Positions 10,092 to 18,992 of a stretch of 64,000 nt of DNA are shown in pieces; positions within the stretch are counted from its first letter, which is position 1; every line of letters begins with the position of its first letter. The notes under the pieces are model-generated. The model saw nothing but the letters and a program-made list of their open reading frames with translations, had not been told where the DNA came from and searched no databases. Source of the stretch: an uncultured delta proteobacterium (GTDB taxonomy: Bacteria; Myxococcota; UBA727; VGSZ01); the NCBI GenBank assembly GCA_963775425.1, contig CAVZJB010000007.1, positions 32,001 to 96,000 on the forward strand, given 5' to 3'. Both the position numbers and the translations under genes were made by a program.

Positions 10092-11549
10092 ATGAACGGC
10101 GAGCGGCTCAAGAATTTCGTGGACGGTGCGTGGGTGGAGTCGTCGGGCACGGCGACGGTGGACGTGAAGAACCCGGCCACCGGGAAGACGCTCGCGCAGA
10201 CGCCGATGTCGACGGCGGCGGACGTCGATCGTGCCGTGAAGGCCGCGCAGGCCGCGTTCCCGGCGTGGCGGGCGACGCCCCCGGTCCAGCGCGCGCGCTA
10301 CCTGTTCAAGCTGAAGACCCTCCTCGACGAGCACAAGGAGGAGATTGGCCGCATCTGCACCACCGAGCACGGAAAGACGCTCGCCGAAGCCCAAAGCGAC
10401 GTCGGCCGCGGCGTCGAGAACGTCGAGCACGCCTGCGGGATGCCGACGCTGATGATGGGGCAGGCGCTCGAGGACGTCGCCGGCGGCATCGACTGCGCGT
10501 CCTGGCGTCAACCCCTCGGCGTGTTCGCGGCCATCACGCCGTTCAACTTCCCGCCGATGGTCCCGCTCTGGTTCCTCCCGTACGCGGTGGCCTCGGGCAA
10601 CTGCTTCGTCCTGAAGCCGAGCGAGCAGGTGCCGCTCAGCCAGCGGCGCATCTTCGAGCTCATCGAAAAGGCGGGCTTCCCCAAGGGCGTGGTGAACCTC
10701 GTGAACGGCGGCAAGGACGTCGTCGAGGGCTTCTGCTCGCACGAAGGCATCGCCGGCGTCTCGTTCGTCGGCTCCACCAAGATCGCGCGGCTCGTGTACG
10801 AGACCGCGTCCAGGAACGGCAAGCGCGTCCAGGCCCTGGGCGGCGCCAAGAACTTCCTCCTCATCGACGACACCGCCGTGATGGAGCAGGCCGTGCAGAA
10901 CGCCTGCGACTCCGGCTACGGCTGCGCGGGCCAGCGCTGCCTGGCCGGCTCCACCGTCGTCGCCATCGGCTCCGCCTACGACAAGGTGCGGGAGCTCCTG
11001 ACGAAGCTCACCAACAACGTCGTCGTCGGTGACGGGCTCGATCCCAAGTCCACCATGGGCCCGGTGATCTCGCAGGCGGCCCGCGACCGCATCGCCGGCA
11101 TGATCCAGAAGGGCGTCGACGAGGGCGCCGAGCTCCTCGTCGACGGCCGCACCTTCAAGCCCGCCGCGGGCTACGAGGGCGGCTTCTGGCTCGGGCCCAC
11201 GCTGTTCGACAAGGTCAACCCCAAGATGACCATCGCGCAGCAGGAGATCTTCGGGCCGGTGATCAACCTGATGCGCGCCGACAACGTCGACGACGCCATC
11301 GGCCTCATGAACTCGGTGCCGTACGCGAACGCCGGCTCCATCTACACGTCGTCGGGCAAGAACGCGCGCACCTTCAAGCAGAAGGCGCATCCGGCCATGC
11401 TCGGCGTGAACATCGGCGTGGCGGCGCCCATGGCCTTCTTCCCCTTCGGCGGCGCCAAGCAGTCCATGTTCGGCGACGTGAAGGCCCACGGGCCCGACGC
11501 CGTGCAGTTCTACACGGATCGCAAGGTCGTCATCTCGCGCTGGTTCTGA
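10092..11549 (+). CDS. mmsA: CoA-acylating (methyl)malonate-semialdehyde dehydrogenase
   Basis: ITPFNFPPMVPLW, LKPSEQVP, SFVGST, ALGGAKN, AGQRCLA, EIFGP, FPFGGAKQSMFGD; GGAGG SD. Confidence 0.93.
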   Translation: MNGERLKNFVDGAWVESSGTATVDVKNPATGKTLAQTPMSTAADVDRAVKAAQAAFPAWRATPPVQRARYLFKLKTLLDEHKEEIGRICTTEHGKTLAEAQSDVGRGVENVEHACGMPTLMMGQALEDVAGGIDCASWRQPLGVFAAITPFNFPPMVPLWFLPYAVASGNCFVLKPSEQVPLSQRRIFELIEKAGFPKGVVNLVNGGKDVVEGFCSHEGIAGVSFVGSTKIARLVYETASRNGKRVQALGGAKNFLLIDDTAVMEQAVQNACDSGYGCAGQRCLAGSTVVAIGSAYDKVRELLTKLTNNVVVGDGLDPKSTMGPVISQAARDRIAGMIQKGVDEGAELLVDGRTFKPAAGYEGGFWLGPTLFDKVNPKMTIAQQEIFGPVINLMRADNVDDAIGLMNSVPYANAGSIYTSSGKNARTFKQKAHPAMLGVNIGVAAPMAFFPFGGAKQSMFGDVKAHGPDAVQFYTDRKVVISRWF

Positions 11550-11553
11550 CGTG

Positions 11554-12480
11554 ATGGTCGCGTGGGCTCTGGTGGCCGCGTTGAGCGCCCAGAGCCCCGA
11601 CCCGTCCGACGTCGATCCGGCGCGGGGGCCGCCGGACGCGGCGCTTGTCCCGGGCGCTTCCACGCTCCGCGTGGTGGTCCTCCCGATTGAGAGCGAAGAG
11701 CTCTCCGACGAGGACACCGGGCTGCTGCGCCGCCTGATCGGCATCGAGGTGCAAAAGGCGGGGCTCACCCTCGTCGACAGCGCCGCCGCCGACATCTCCG
11801 TCACCGTGACGCACACCGTGTTCGCGGACGCCGACGTCGTCACCGTCGAAGCCGTGGACGTCGCGCAGCGCGCGCGCTTTTCGAACGCGGTGTCCACGCG
11901 CGAGCGCGGCGAGCTGCCGGAGAAGCTCGGCCCCGTCGTCGCCGAGGTGCTCAAGCGCGCCGTCGCGGCGCTGCCGCCGCTGTTGCGCCCCGACCTGAAG
12001 GCCCAATTCGCCGACGCGCACCTGGGCATCTGTCACGGCGCCGGCGGCTGGTTCTTCTGTGACGACGTGCATCGCGCGGTCACCGAGAACGAATTCGTGC
12101 GCCGCTACCGCGCGGAGACCCAGCGCCACGACCTCGACACGGCGGAGGTCGATCGGGACCCGAGCTACGAGCCCTGGATCTTCATCATCGGCGGCGGCGC
12201 CACGGCCGTCGCCACCGTGGGCGCCACCGTCGCCATCGGCAGCACCACCGAGGGCCAGGCCTTCGCGCGCCAGTCCGACGACACCTGGGTCGTCCTGCCG
12301 GTGCTCGGCCTCAGCGCCTCCCTGAGCCTGCTCGTCTATGGCGCCCTCGAGCTCGACGACGCCGGCTCCATCCACGACGGCACCGAGCTCGACCACGTCC
12401 TCGACGAGCCCACCGCCCAGACCGCCGTGCGCGCCTACGATGACGCCCTGCGCCGCCGCCTCATCCACGACGCGCGCTGA
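11554..12480 (+). CDS. Hypothetical exported/membrane protein
   Basis: N-terminal signal-like segment, two C-terminal hydrophobic segments, GC3-rich codons. Confidence 0.6.
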   Translation: MVAWALVAALSAQSPDPSDVDPARGPPDAALVPGASTLRVVVLPIESEELSDEDTGLLRRLIGIEVQKAGLTLVDSAAADISVTVTHTVFADADVVTVEAVDVAQRARFSNAVSTRERGELPEKLGPVVAEVLKRAVAALPPLLRPDLKAQFADAHLGICHGAGGWFFCDDVHRAVTENEFVRRYRAETQRHDLDTAEVDRDPSYEPWIFIIGGGATAVATVGATVAIGSTTEGQAFARQSDDTWVVLPVLGLSASLSLLVYGALELDDAGSIHDGTELDHVLDEPTAQTAVRAYDDALRRRLIHDAR

Positions 12481-12545
12481 CGGTTCCCGCCGGGGCTGGA
12501 TCGGAGCCGTCACCGTGCTACGACGCGGCGTCTCAGGAGGAAGTC

Positions 12546-13421
12546 ATGGCGCGCAAGGTCATCGGTGGTCTCATCCAGTGCAGCAACCCGCTCAACGACC
12601 CCTCGGCGTCGGTGGACGCGGTGAAGAAGGCGATGCACGAGAAGCATCTCGCCTTCGTCCACGAGGCCGGCAAGAAGGGCGTGCAGATCCTCTGCCTCCA
12701 GGAGATCTACAACGGTCCGTACTTCTGCCCGTCCAAGGACCCCAAGTGGTGTGACCAGGCCGAGTCCATCCCCGGCCCCACCGTCGAGGAATTCCAGAAG
12801 CTCGCCAAGCAGTACGGGATGGTCATCATCGTGCCCATCTACGAGCGCGAGATGGCCGGCGTCTACTACAACTCCGCCGCCGTCATCGACGCCGACGGCA
12901 GCTACCTCGGCAAGTACCGCAAGAACCACATCCCGGACGTGAACCCGGGCTTCTTCGAGAAGATGTTCTTCAAGCCGGGCAACCTCGGCTACCCGACGTT
13001 CCAGACCAAGTTCGCCAAGGTCGGCGTGTACATCTGCTACGACCGTCACTTCCCCGAGGGCGCACGCCTGCTCGGCCTGCACGGCGCGGAGATCGTGTTC
13101 AACCCGTCGGCGACGGTGGCCGGGCTCTCCGAGTACCTGTGGAAGCTCGAGCAGCCCGCCCACGCGGTCGCCAACGGCTACTTCATCGCCGCCTCCAACC
13201 GCGTCGGCACGGAAGCGCCGTGGAACATCGGTGAGTTCTACGGCCAGAGCTACTTCTGCGACCCGCGCGGCCAGATGCTCAAGGTCGGCTCGCGCGACAA
13301 GGACGAGCTCGTGGTCGCCGAGATGAACCTCGACCTGATCGAGGAGGTCCGCCGCACGTGGCAGTTCTTCCGCGACCGCCGCCCCGAGACCTACGACGAC
13401 CTCGTGAAGCAGCTCCCCTGA
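12546..13421 (+). CDS. Beta-ureidopropionase-like nitrilase-family hydrolase
   Basis: Glu-Lys-Cys triad in LQEIY, YRKNHIP, ICYDRHFPE; WKLEQPAHAVAN, FFRDRRPETY; AGGAGG SD; lies near mmsA. Confidence 0.88.
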   Translation: MARKVIGGLIQCSNPLNDPSASVDAVKKAMHEKHLAFVHEAGKKGVQILCLQEIYNGPYFCPSKDPKWCDQAESIPGPTVEEFQKLAKQYGMVIIVPIYEREMAGVYYNSAAVIDADGSYLGKYRKNHIPDVNPGFFEKMFFKPGNLGYPTFQTKFAKVGVYICYDRHFPEGARLLGLHGAEIVFNPSATVAGLSEYLWKLEQPAHAVANGYFIAASNRVGTEAPWNIGEFYGQSYFCDPRGQMLKVGSRDKDELVVAEMNLDLIEEVRRTWQFFRDRRPETYDDLVKQLP

Positions 13422-13437
13422 GCCGTTAGACAAGAAG

Positions 13438-14527
13438 ATGACGACAATCCGCACCCTCGAGCTTCGCGGCACCGACCCCGCCCGCTGGGGCGAGCAGCAC
13501 GGCGAGAGCTTCAAGAGCGACATCCGCGCCCTCTACGACATCCGCCTCGCGCTCACCCTCGGGCGCACGGACTTGAAGACGGCCGACAACGTCCTCGCGC
13601 TCGCGCGCCATCACCTGCCCGTCCTCGAACGGTTCGATCGCCCGCTCTACGACGAGCTGTGCGGCATCGCGGCGGGGCTCGGGGCTCACGCCGGAGCAGA
13701 TCGTCGTCCTCAACCACTACACCGATCTGCGCGACCTCTCGCTCGCCGACCTCAAGGCGCTCGACGCGCGAGAGCCCGAGGGCTGCTCGGCCGTCTTCTG
13801 GCAGGGCGGCGGCCGGCGCATCCTCGCGCAGACCTGGGATATGCACGGCTCCGCCGAGCCCTTCGCGCTGATGCTCAAGGTGCCGGCGGTGCCGCCGTCG
13901 CCCAAGGTGAACGCCGCGGGCATCCCCGAGCAGGGCTCCATCCTGAGCTTCACCATCACCGGCTGCCTCGGGATGACCGGGATGTCGTCGTGGGGGACGG
14001 CGCTCACCATCAACAACCTCAACTCCGTCGACGCCACCGTCGGCGTGGTGTGGCCGGCCACTGTGCGCGCGGCGCTCCGCGAGCACTCGGCCAAGGCGAT
14101 GCGTGACCTCTTGCTGCGCGTTCCCGTCGGCAGCGGGCGTCACTACATCGTCGCCGACGACGTCGACATGTTCGGCATCGAGATGAGCGGCAAGAAGAAG
14201 AAGATCATCCGTGAAGACGGCAAGGAGCCGTACTTCCACACCAACCACTGCGTCGACGCCGAGATGAAGCCCACCGCGCGCATCATGCCGGGGTCCACCA
14301 CGCTCAAGCGCTACGACCAGCTCGGCGTCATCACCCAGCGAGAGCCCGCGGACCTCAAGGCCGCCTTCGACGCGCTCGAGCCGGTCGGCCTGCCGCACAA
14401 CCCGAACAACCCCGACGACGTCGCCACCTGCGGCGCCCTCGCCATGGACATCACCGCGAGGAACGCCATGGCCTGCGTCGGCATCCCCGGGCCGGACGCG
14501 GACGCCATCGTCGTCGAGGTCCGTTGA
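13438..14527 (+). CDS. C45 family autoproteolytic amidohydrolase/acyltransferase (frameshift at 13674-13677)
   Basis: Removing one G from the GGGG run joins ELCGIAAG-SGLTPEQIVVLN to EG-CSAV (Ntn nucleophile), AQTWDM, GMSSWG, HTNH. Confidence 0.8.
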
Positions 14528-15243
14528 TGGCGGGCAAGCTCTTCGCCTCCGCCGAGGAGGCGCTGTTCGACGTCACGGACGGCGCGTCCTTGATGTTCGG
14601 CGGCTTCGGCCTCTCCGGGAACGCCGAGAACTGCATCGCTGCGGTGGCCAAGAAGGGCGTGAAGGGCCTCACCATCATCTCCAACAACTGCGGCAACCAA
14701 CGCCAGGGGCTCGCGCTGCTCCTGCAGCAAAAGCAGGTGCAAAAATTCATCGGCTCCTACGTCGGCGGCAACCCCGACCTCGAGGAGCTCATGCTCAAGG
14801 GCGCGGTGGACGTCGAGCTGTCGCCGCAAGGCACGTTCGCCGAGCGCATCCGCGCGGGCGGCGCCGGCATCGGCGGCTTCTATACGCCCACGGGCGTCGG
14901 CACCGTCATCGCCGACGGCAAGGACGAGCGCACCTTCGTCGACAAGGAGGGGCGCGAGCGCCGCATGATCCTCGAGACGGGGCTGTTCGCGGACTTCGCC
15001 TGCATCCGCGCCAGGACCGCCGACACCTACGGCAACCTCCGCTTCTATCGGACCAGCCGCAACTTCTCGCCGATGATGGCGATGGCGGCGCGCGTCTGCA
15101 TCGTCGAGGCCGAAGAGATCGTCGAGCGCGGCGCCATCGACCCCGACGACGTCCACCTGCCCGGCCTCTTCGTGAAGCGCATCTTCCAGGGCACCGCACA
15201 CAAAGACGTCATCGAGCAGCGCACCATCCGCGCGCGCGTGTGA
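14527..15243 (+). CDS. Family I CoA-transferase subunit A (ScoA/AtoD-like)
   Basis: MFGGFGLSG, ISNNCG, SYVG, PQGTFAERIRAGGAGI, RNFSPMMA, DDVHLPG. Confidence 0.92.
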   Translation: MAGKLFASAEEALFDVTDGASLMFGGFGLSGNAENCIAAVAKKGVKGLTIISNNCGNQRQGLALLLQQKQVQKFIGSYVGGNPDLEELMLKGAVDVELSPQGTFAERIRAGGAGIGGFYTPTGVGTVIADGKDERTFVDKEGRERRMILETGLFADFACIRARTADTYGNLRFYRTSRNFSPMMAMAARVCIVEAEEIVERGAIDPDDVHLPGLFVKRIFQGTAHKDVIEQRTIRARV

Positions 15244-15249
15244 GCTCCG

Positions 15250-16071
15250 CTACTGACACTCGTCGACGCCGTCGGTGACGTCGGCGACGCAGAAGACGTC
15301 GGGCGCCGTCACGTGCACGATGGCGAGGTCGGCCCAGGTCCCCTCATCGACGAGGGACGCGCTGATCGACTTGATCACGCTGCCGTGGGCGCGCACCTCC
15401 AGCGTCGCGGCGGTGTCCGTGGGCGTGATGGCGTGGTTCGAATAGTAGGCTGCGCCGACGAGGTAGTCGCCGACGACGGGGACGGAGACGTCGATGAGCT
15501 CGATCGCAGGCGCGGCGGCGCTGCCGCCGTCGACGTCGTCCTGCTCGAGGAGCGGATCGCCGGCGGTGGTGGCGGCGCCGTCCCAGTCGACGCTCGAGAA
15601 GCCCGGGACGCAGTCGCCGTAATAGCACTCGAGCGGCGCTTGACCGCCGCACGTGTCGGAGAACGGGCCGACGGCGACCGTGGTGGTGGCGGCGGTGCTC
15701 GGCGTGACGCAGAAGGGCGCGCCCTTGGTGGCGTGGATGTCGATGTCGGCGGCGGTGGTCCACGACAGGGTGAACGAGAGCACCGCGGGCTCGCCTTCGC
15801 CTTCGCCTTCGCCCTCGCCTTCGCCCTCGCCTTCGCCCTCGCCTTCCCCCTCTCCTTCGCCCTCGCCCTCGCCCTCGCCTTCGCCTTCACCGGGCTCGCC
15901 TTCGCCTTCGCCGGGCTCGCAGGTGCCGCCGGCGGCGCACAGCTCGCCGGAGTCACAGTCCGAGTCGACGACGCACTCGGCGCTCAAGCACGAAGAGGCG
16001 AACGCCGCGAACAGCGGCGCCAGCAGGAGCGCGGGGGAGGCGGGGACGAGCCGCAGGGAGATCAGCCGCAT
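15250..16071 (-). CDS. Lipoprotein: Cys-rich module, (GE)n linker, YfaP/DUF2135-like C-terminal domain
   Basis: Lipobox FASS-C; ECVVDSDCDSGELC; GEGEGE run; LSWTTAADIDIH...GDPLLEQDDVDG. Confidence 0.7.
   Translation of the reverse strand: MRLISLRLVPASPALLLAPLFAAFASSCLSAECVVDSDCDSGELCAAGGTCEPGEGEGEPGEGEGEGEGEGEGEGEGEGEGEGEGEGEGEGEGEPAVLSFTLSWTTAADIDIHATKGAPFCVTPSTAATTTVAVGPFSDTCGGQAPLECYYGDCVPGFSSVDWDGAATTAGDPLLEQDDVDGGSAAAPAIELIDVSVPVVGDYLVGAAYYSNHAITPTDTAATLEVRAHGSVIKSISASLVDEGTWADLAIVHVTAPDVFCVADVTDGVDECQ
15790..15912. repeat. 6-bp tandem repeat encoding (Gly-Glu)n
   Basis: (CTCGCC/TTCGCC)n on the + strand. Confidence 0.9.
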
Positions 16072-16955
16072 TGGTCGGTGGCGGAGCCGTCGGTGAGGTC
16101 CTCGATGCAGACGGCGCCTCCGCTCTTGTGGACGACGGCGAGGTCCACCCAGAAGATGGTCGTTCCGTCGAGGGGCACGGTGCGCGTGAACACCACGGAC
16201 TGGCTCGTGCCCTGGAGGATCTCGCCGGTGACGGTCGTGTTCGGCGACGTCCCGCTGTTGCTGTAGAAGCCCGCGCCGAGGAGGTAGTCGCCGTCGGCGA
16301 GCGCCTGCACCGAGACGACCTCCGGCCCGGGCCCCGTGAGGGCGTCGAGCTCGAGCACGGGGTCGCCCGCGCTGTTGCCCGCGACGGCGTCCCACGAGGG
16401 GTGCGTGCCCGAGCTCCTGCAGTCGGAGAAGTTGCAGTCGAGCGGGGCCGCGCTCGGGCACAGCGACGAGGTCGGCCCCACGGACGCCACGTCCACGCCG
16501 ACGAGGTCGATGCAGAATTGACCGTTGGCGTCCTTCTTCGTGAAGTGGATGTCGAGGTCCGCGCTGGTGGAGTCCCACTGGATGCGCGCCACGACCGTCT
16601 GCGGGCCCGGCGGCTCGCCCACCTCGCCTTCGCCCTCGCCCTCGCCTTCGCCTTCTCCTTCACCCTCGCCGGGCTCGCCTTCACCCTCGCCTTCGCCCTC
16701 GCCCTCGCCGGGCTCCCCCTCGCCCTCGCCCTCGCCGACGCCGCGCTCGCAGACGTTGTCGATGCAGGTCTCCCGGGAGTCGCAGTCCCCGTCGCCCTCG
16801 CACTCGACGCAGAGGCCGTCGCTCGAGCAGATCTTGGAGCCGTGGCAGTCGTCGTCGACGGCGCACTCGGCGCCGCCGAACAGCCCGCAGCCCGCCCCCA
16901 GCGCCGGAAGCGTGGCGACGAGGAGGCCGCGGGCGATCAGGGGATGGAGGCGCAT
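16062..16955 (-). CDS. Lipoprotein paralog: Cys-rich module, (GE)n linker, YfaP/DUF2135-like domain
   Basis: Lipobox LGAG-C; ECAVDDDC; GE run; IQWDSTSADLDIH...GPGPEVV. Same architecture as the downstream gene. Confidence 0.72.
   Translation of the reverse strand: MRLHPLIARGLLVATLPALGAGCGLFGGAECAVDDDCHGSKICSSDGLCVECEGDGDCDSRETCIDNVCERGVGEGEGEGEPGEGEGEGEGEGEPGEGEGEGEGEGEGEGEVGEPPGPQTVVARIQWDSTSADLDIHFTKKDANGQFCIDLVGVDVASVGPTSSLCPSAAPLDCNFSDCRSSGTHPSWDAVAGNSAGDPVLELDALTGPGPEVVSVQALADGDYLLGAGFYSNSGTSPNTTVTGEILQGTSQSVVFTRTVPLDGTTIFWVDLAVVHKSGGAVCIEDLTDGSATDQCG
16623..16735. repeat. 6-bp tandem repeat encoding (Gly-Glu)n with EP interruptions
   Basis: (CTCGCC/TTCGCC/TTCACC)n on the + strand. Confidence 0.9.
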
Positions 16956-17024
16956 GTGGCCGCTTTGTCGTCGACGGAACGCCTTTCGCCAAGGCGGATC
17001 CGGGTGAGCGACGTCACGCGCCGC

Positions 17025-17393
17025 TCACTGACAGGTGGTGTTGTCGTTGGCCTTGGGGTTTTGCCCCTGCGGGCACTGGTTGCCGTCGTTGGCGCACGAC
17101 GACGCGAGCAGGTCCGGACAGTCGATGTCCTGGAGCTCGCAGCCGCAGTCGCAGGCGCCGTCCCCGAAGAACTTGCCCTTGCACTGCCAGTCCCCGGGCG
17201 GCGGCAGGCACACCCGCGTGCCCGCGGGGTTGGTGTCGTCGGTGGCGACGCAGCCGAGGTCGGGGTCGTCGCATTCGCCGGAGTCCGTACACTCGAGGCC
17301 CACGTTGCCCCGTGAGGCCGCGAGCTGACAGCCGCCGAGCGCCGCGAGGGTGCCTGCCGTGAGCACGGCGAGGAGCAGGGTGAGCGTCTTCAT
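17025..17393 (-). CDS. Small Cys-rich lipoprotein (122 aa)
   Basis: MKTLTLLLAVLTAGTLAALGG-C; CDCGC and many other Cys; ATGA overlap with the upstream stop. Confidence 0.75.
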   Translation of the reverse strand: MKTLTLLLAVLTAGTLAALGGCQLAASRGNVGLECTDSGECDDPDLGCVATDDTNPAGTRVCLPPPGDWQCKGKFFGDGACDCGCELQDIDCPDLLASSCANDGNQCPQGQNPKANDNTTCQ

Positions 17394-18919
17394 CGCGCGT
17401 CCTCCCCGTCTTGTTCCGTGGGCTCCGCGGACGCGCCCCCGGCGATGCCCCAGATCAGGCCGGTGACCACGAGCGCCACACCGAGGCCGGCGACGCCGGC
17501 GCCGGTGCCGAACACCACGCGCCCCGTGGGGATGCCGGTGCCGTTGCCGCCGGTGCCGTCCCAGGCGTCCGACGCGTTGTTCACCTTGAGGCGAAGATCG
17601 CGCGCGTCGTCGGCGACCTTGGCGCGGTCGACGTCGCTGCTCTTCTTCACGTAGTCGCTCGCGAGCTTGCCGTCGTTGGCGAGCTCGGGGCAGTCCGTGG
17701 AGCCGAACGACCCGCGGCACAGCCTCACGTAGTCGAAGTACGGCAGCGCCCCCCACACGCCCGCGGCCGCGCCGCCCGCCGTGAGAGCGGCGCCGATGCC
17801 GAGCGTGATCCAGCCGCCGACGCCCCCGCCGCCCTTTTGCTGCGGCGCCTCCGCCGCGGGCTGGTGCTCGCGCTCGAGCGGCTCGATGCGGGTGTCCGTG
17901 TGCGCGGGCTCCGGCGTCGTCGCCGGTCCCGTCGTCGTCGTCGCCGGACCGGTCTCCGCCGGACCGGTCTCCGCCGGGCCCGTCGTCGCAGGGCCCGTCG
18001 TCTCTGGGCCCGTCGTCTCTGGGCCCGTCGTCTCCGGGCCCGGCGTCTCCGGGCCCGTCGTCTCCGGGCCCGTCGTCGCCGGGCCCGTCGTCTCCGGGCC
18101 CGGCGGCAGCGACTCCTTGCTGCACGCGTTGGCCATGGCGCTCGACGCGATCTTGCCGTCGCCGTGGGGGGACTCCACCAGCGTCCACTGCGGGCCGCGC
18201 GACTTGATGTTGATGGTGGCGCCGAACTCCAGCGTCTTCCACTGCCCCTTCGAGAACATCTTCACGGGCTTCTGCAGCGTGCACAGCTCCGACGTCCCCG
18301 TCTCCTCGGGGGGCGGCGGCGGTGGCGCCACCACCACAGGCGGCGGAGGCGGCGGCGGCGGAGGCGGAGGCGGAGGCGGCGGCGGCGGAGGACGCGTCAC
18401 CACCGGCGGCGGCGGCGTGACCACCGGCGGCGGCGGCGGGCGCGACGACGGGCGGCCACCGGTGCACGTGGCCGGGCAACTGTCGCCGCTTTGGACGTTT
18501 CCGTCGTCGCAGGTCTCGCCGCGCTCGATGAGGCCGTTGCCGCACTCGGCCCGCGGCACCCCGCACGCGCTCCCGCCCCCGCCGCGTTGGATGAGCTTCT
18601 CGAGGGCGGTGATCGACGTCTGCACCTCGCGCGCGCGCCGGTGGTGCGGCGCCCGCGAGAGCACGGTCTTGTACAGGCTGAGCGCGCGCACGCGGTCGTC
18701 CGCGAACTGCGCCGCGTCCGCGGCCTGCAGCGCCCACTCGGGGTTCGGATCGACCTTGTCGAGCTCGGTGTACAAAAAGACCGCCTCGCACCAGCGCTCC
18801 TTGAGGAGCGCGCGCTCGGCTGCCGCCTTGTGCGCCTTCAGGTTCTGCCCGAAGGCCGGCAAGGAGAGCGCGGCGGCGACGACGACGATCAGAGCGGGGA
18901 GGGACCGGCGAAAGAACAT
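17390..18919 (-). CDS. Exported TPR-like + myxobacterial Cys-rich repeat + Pro-rich + (GPETT)n protein with C-terminal membrane segments
   Basis: Signal MFFRRSLPALIVVVAAALSLPAFG; helical TPR-like region; CGNGLIERGETCDDGN...CPATC; poly-Pro; two Gly/Ala-rich C-terminal hydrophobic segments. Confidence 0.75.
   Translation of the reverse strand: MFFRRSLPALIVVVAAALSLPAFGQNLKAHKAAAERALLKERWCEAVFLYTELDKVDPNPEWALQAADAAQFADDRVRALSLYKTVLSRAPHHRRAREVQTSITALEKLIQRGGGGSACGVPRAECGNGLIERGETCDDGNVQSGDSCPATCTGGRPSSRPPPPPVVTPPPPVVTRPPPPPPPPPPPPPPPPPPVVVAPPPPPPEETGTSELCTLQKPVKMFSKGQWKTLEFGATINIKSRGPQWTLVESPHGDGKIASSAMANACSKESLPPGPETTGPATTGPETTGPETPGPETTGPETTGPETTGPATTGPAETGPAETGPATTTTGPATTPEPAHTDTRIEPLEREHQPAAEAPQQKGGGGVGGWITLGIGAALTAGGAAAGVWGALPYFDYVRLCRGSFGSTDCPELANDGKLASDYVKKSSDVDRAKVADDARDLRLKVNNASDAWDGTGGNGTGIPTGRVVFGTGAGVAGLGVALVVTGLIWGIAGGASAEPTEQDGEDAR
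17926..18101. repeat. 15-bp tandem repeat encoding GP(E/A)(T/E)(T/P)
   Basis: About 11 copies of GGGCCCGTCGTCTCC-like units. Confidence 0.9.
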
Positions 18920-18992
18920 GCGGGGGCCATTATCACCCGAAGCCTTGCCGCGATGCGACAAATGCACGTCGGCCGGGATCGCGTGAGAGGTG

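Noticed and set aside
17926-18101. Regular 15-bp repeat as a possible CRISPR array
   Set aside because: No unique spacers; it is an in-frame coding repeat; no cas genes.
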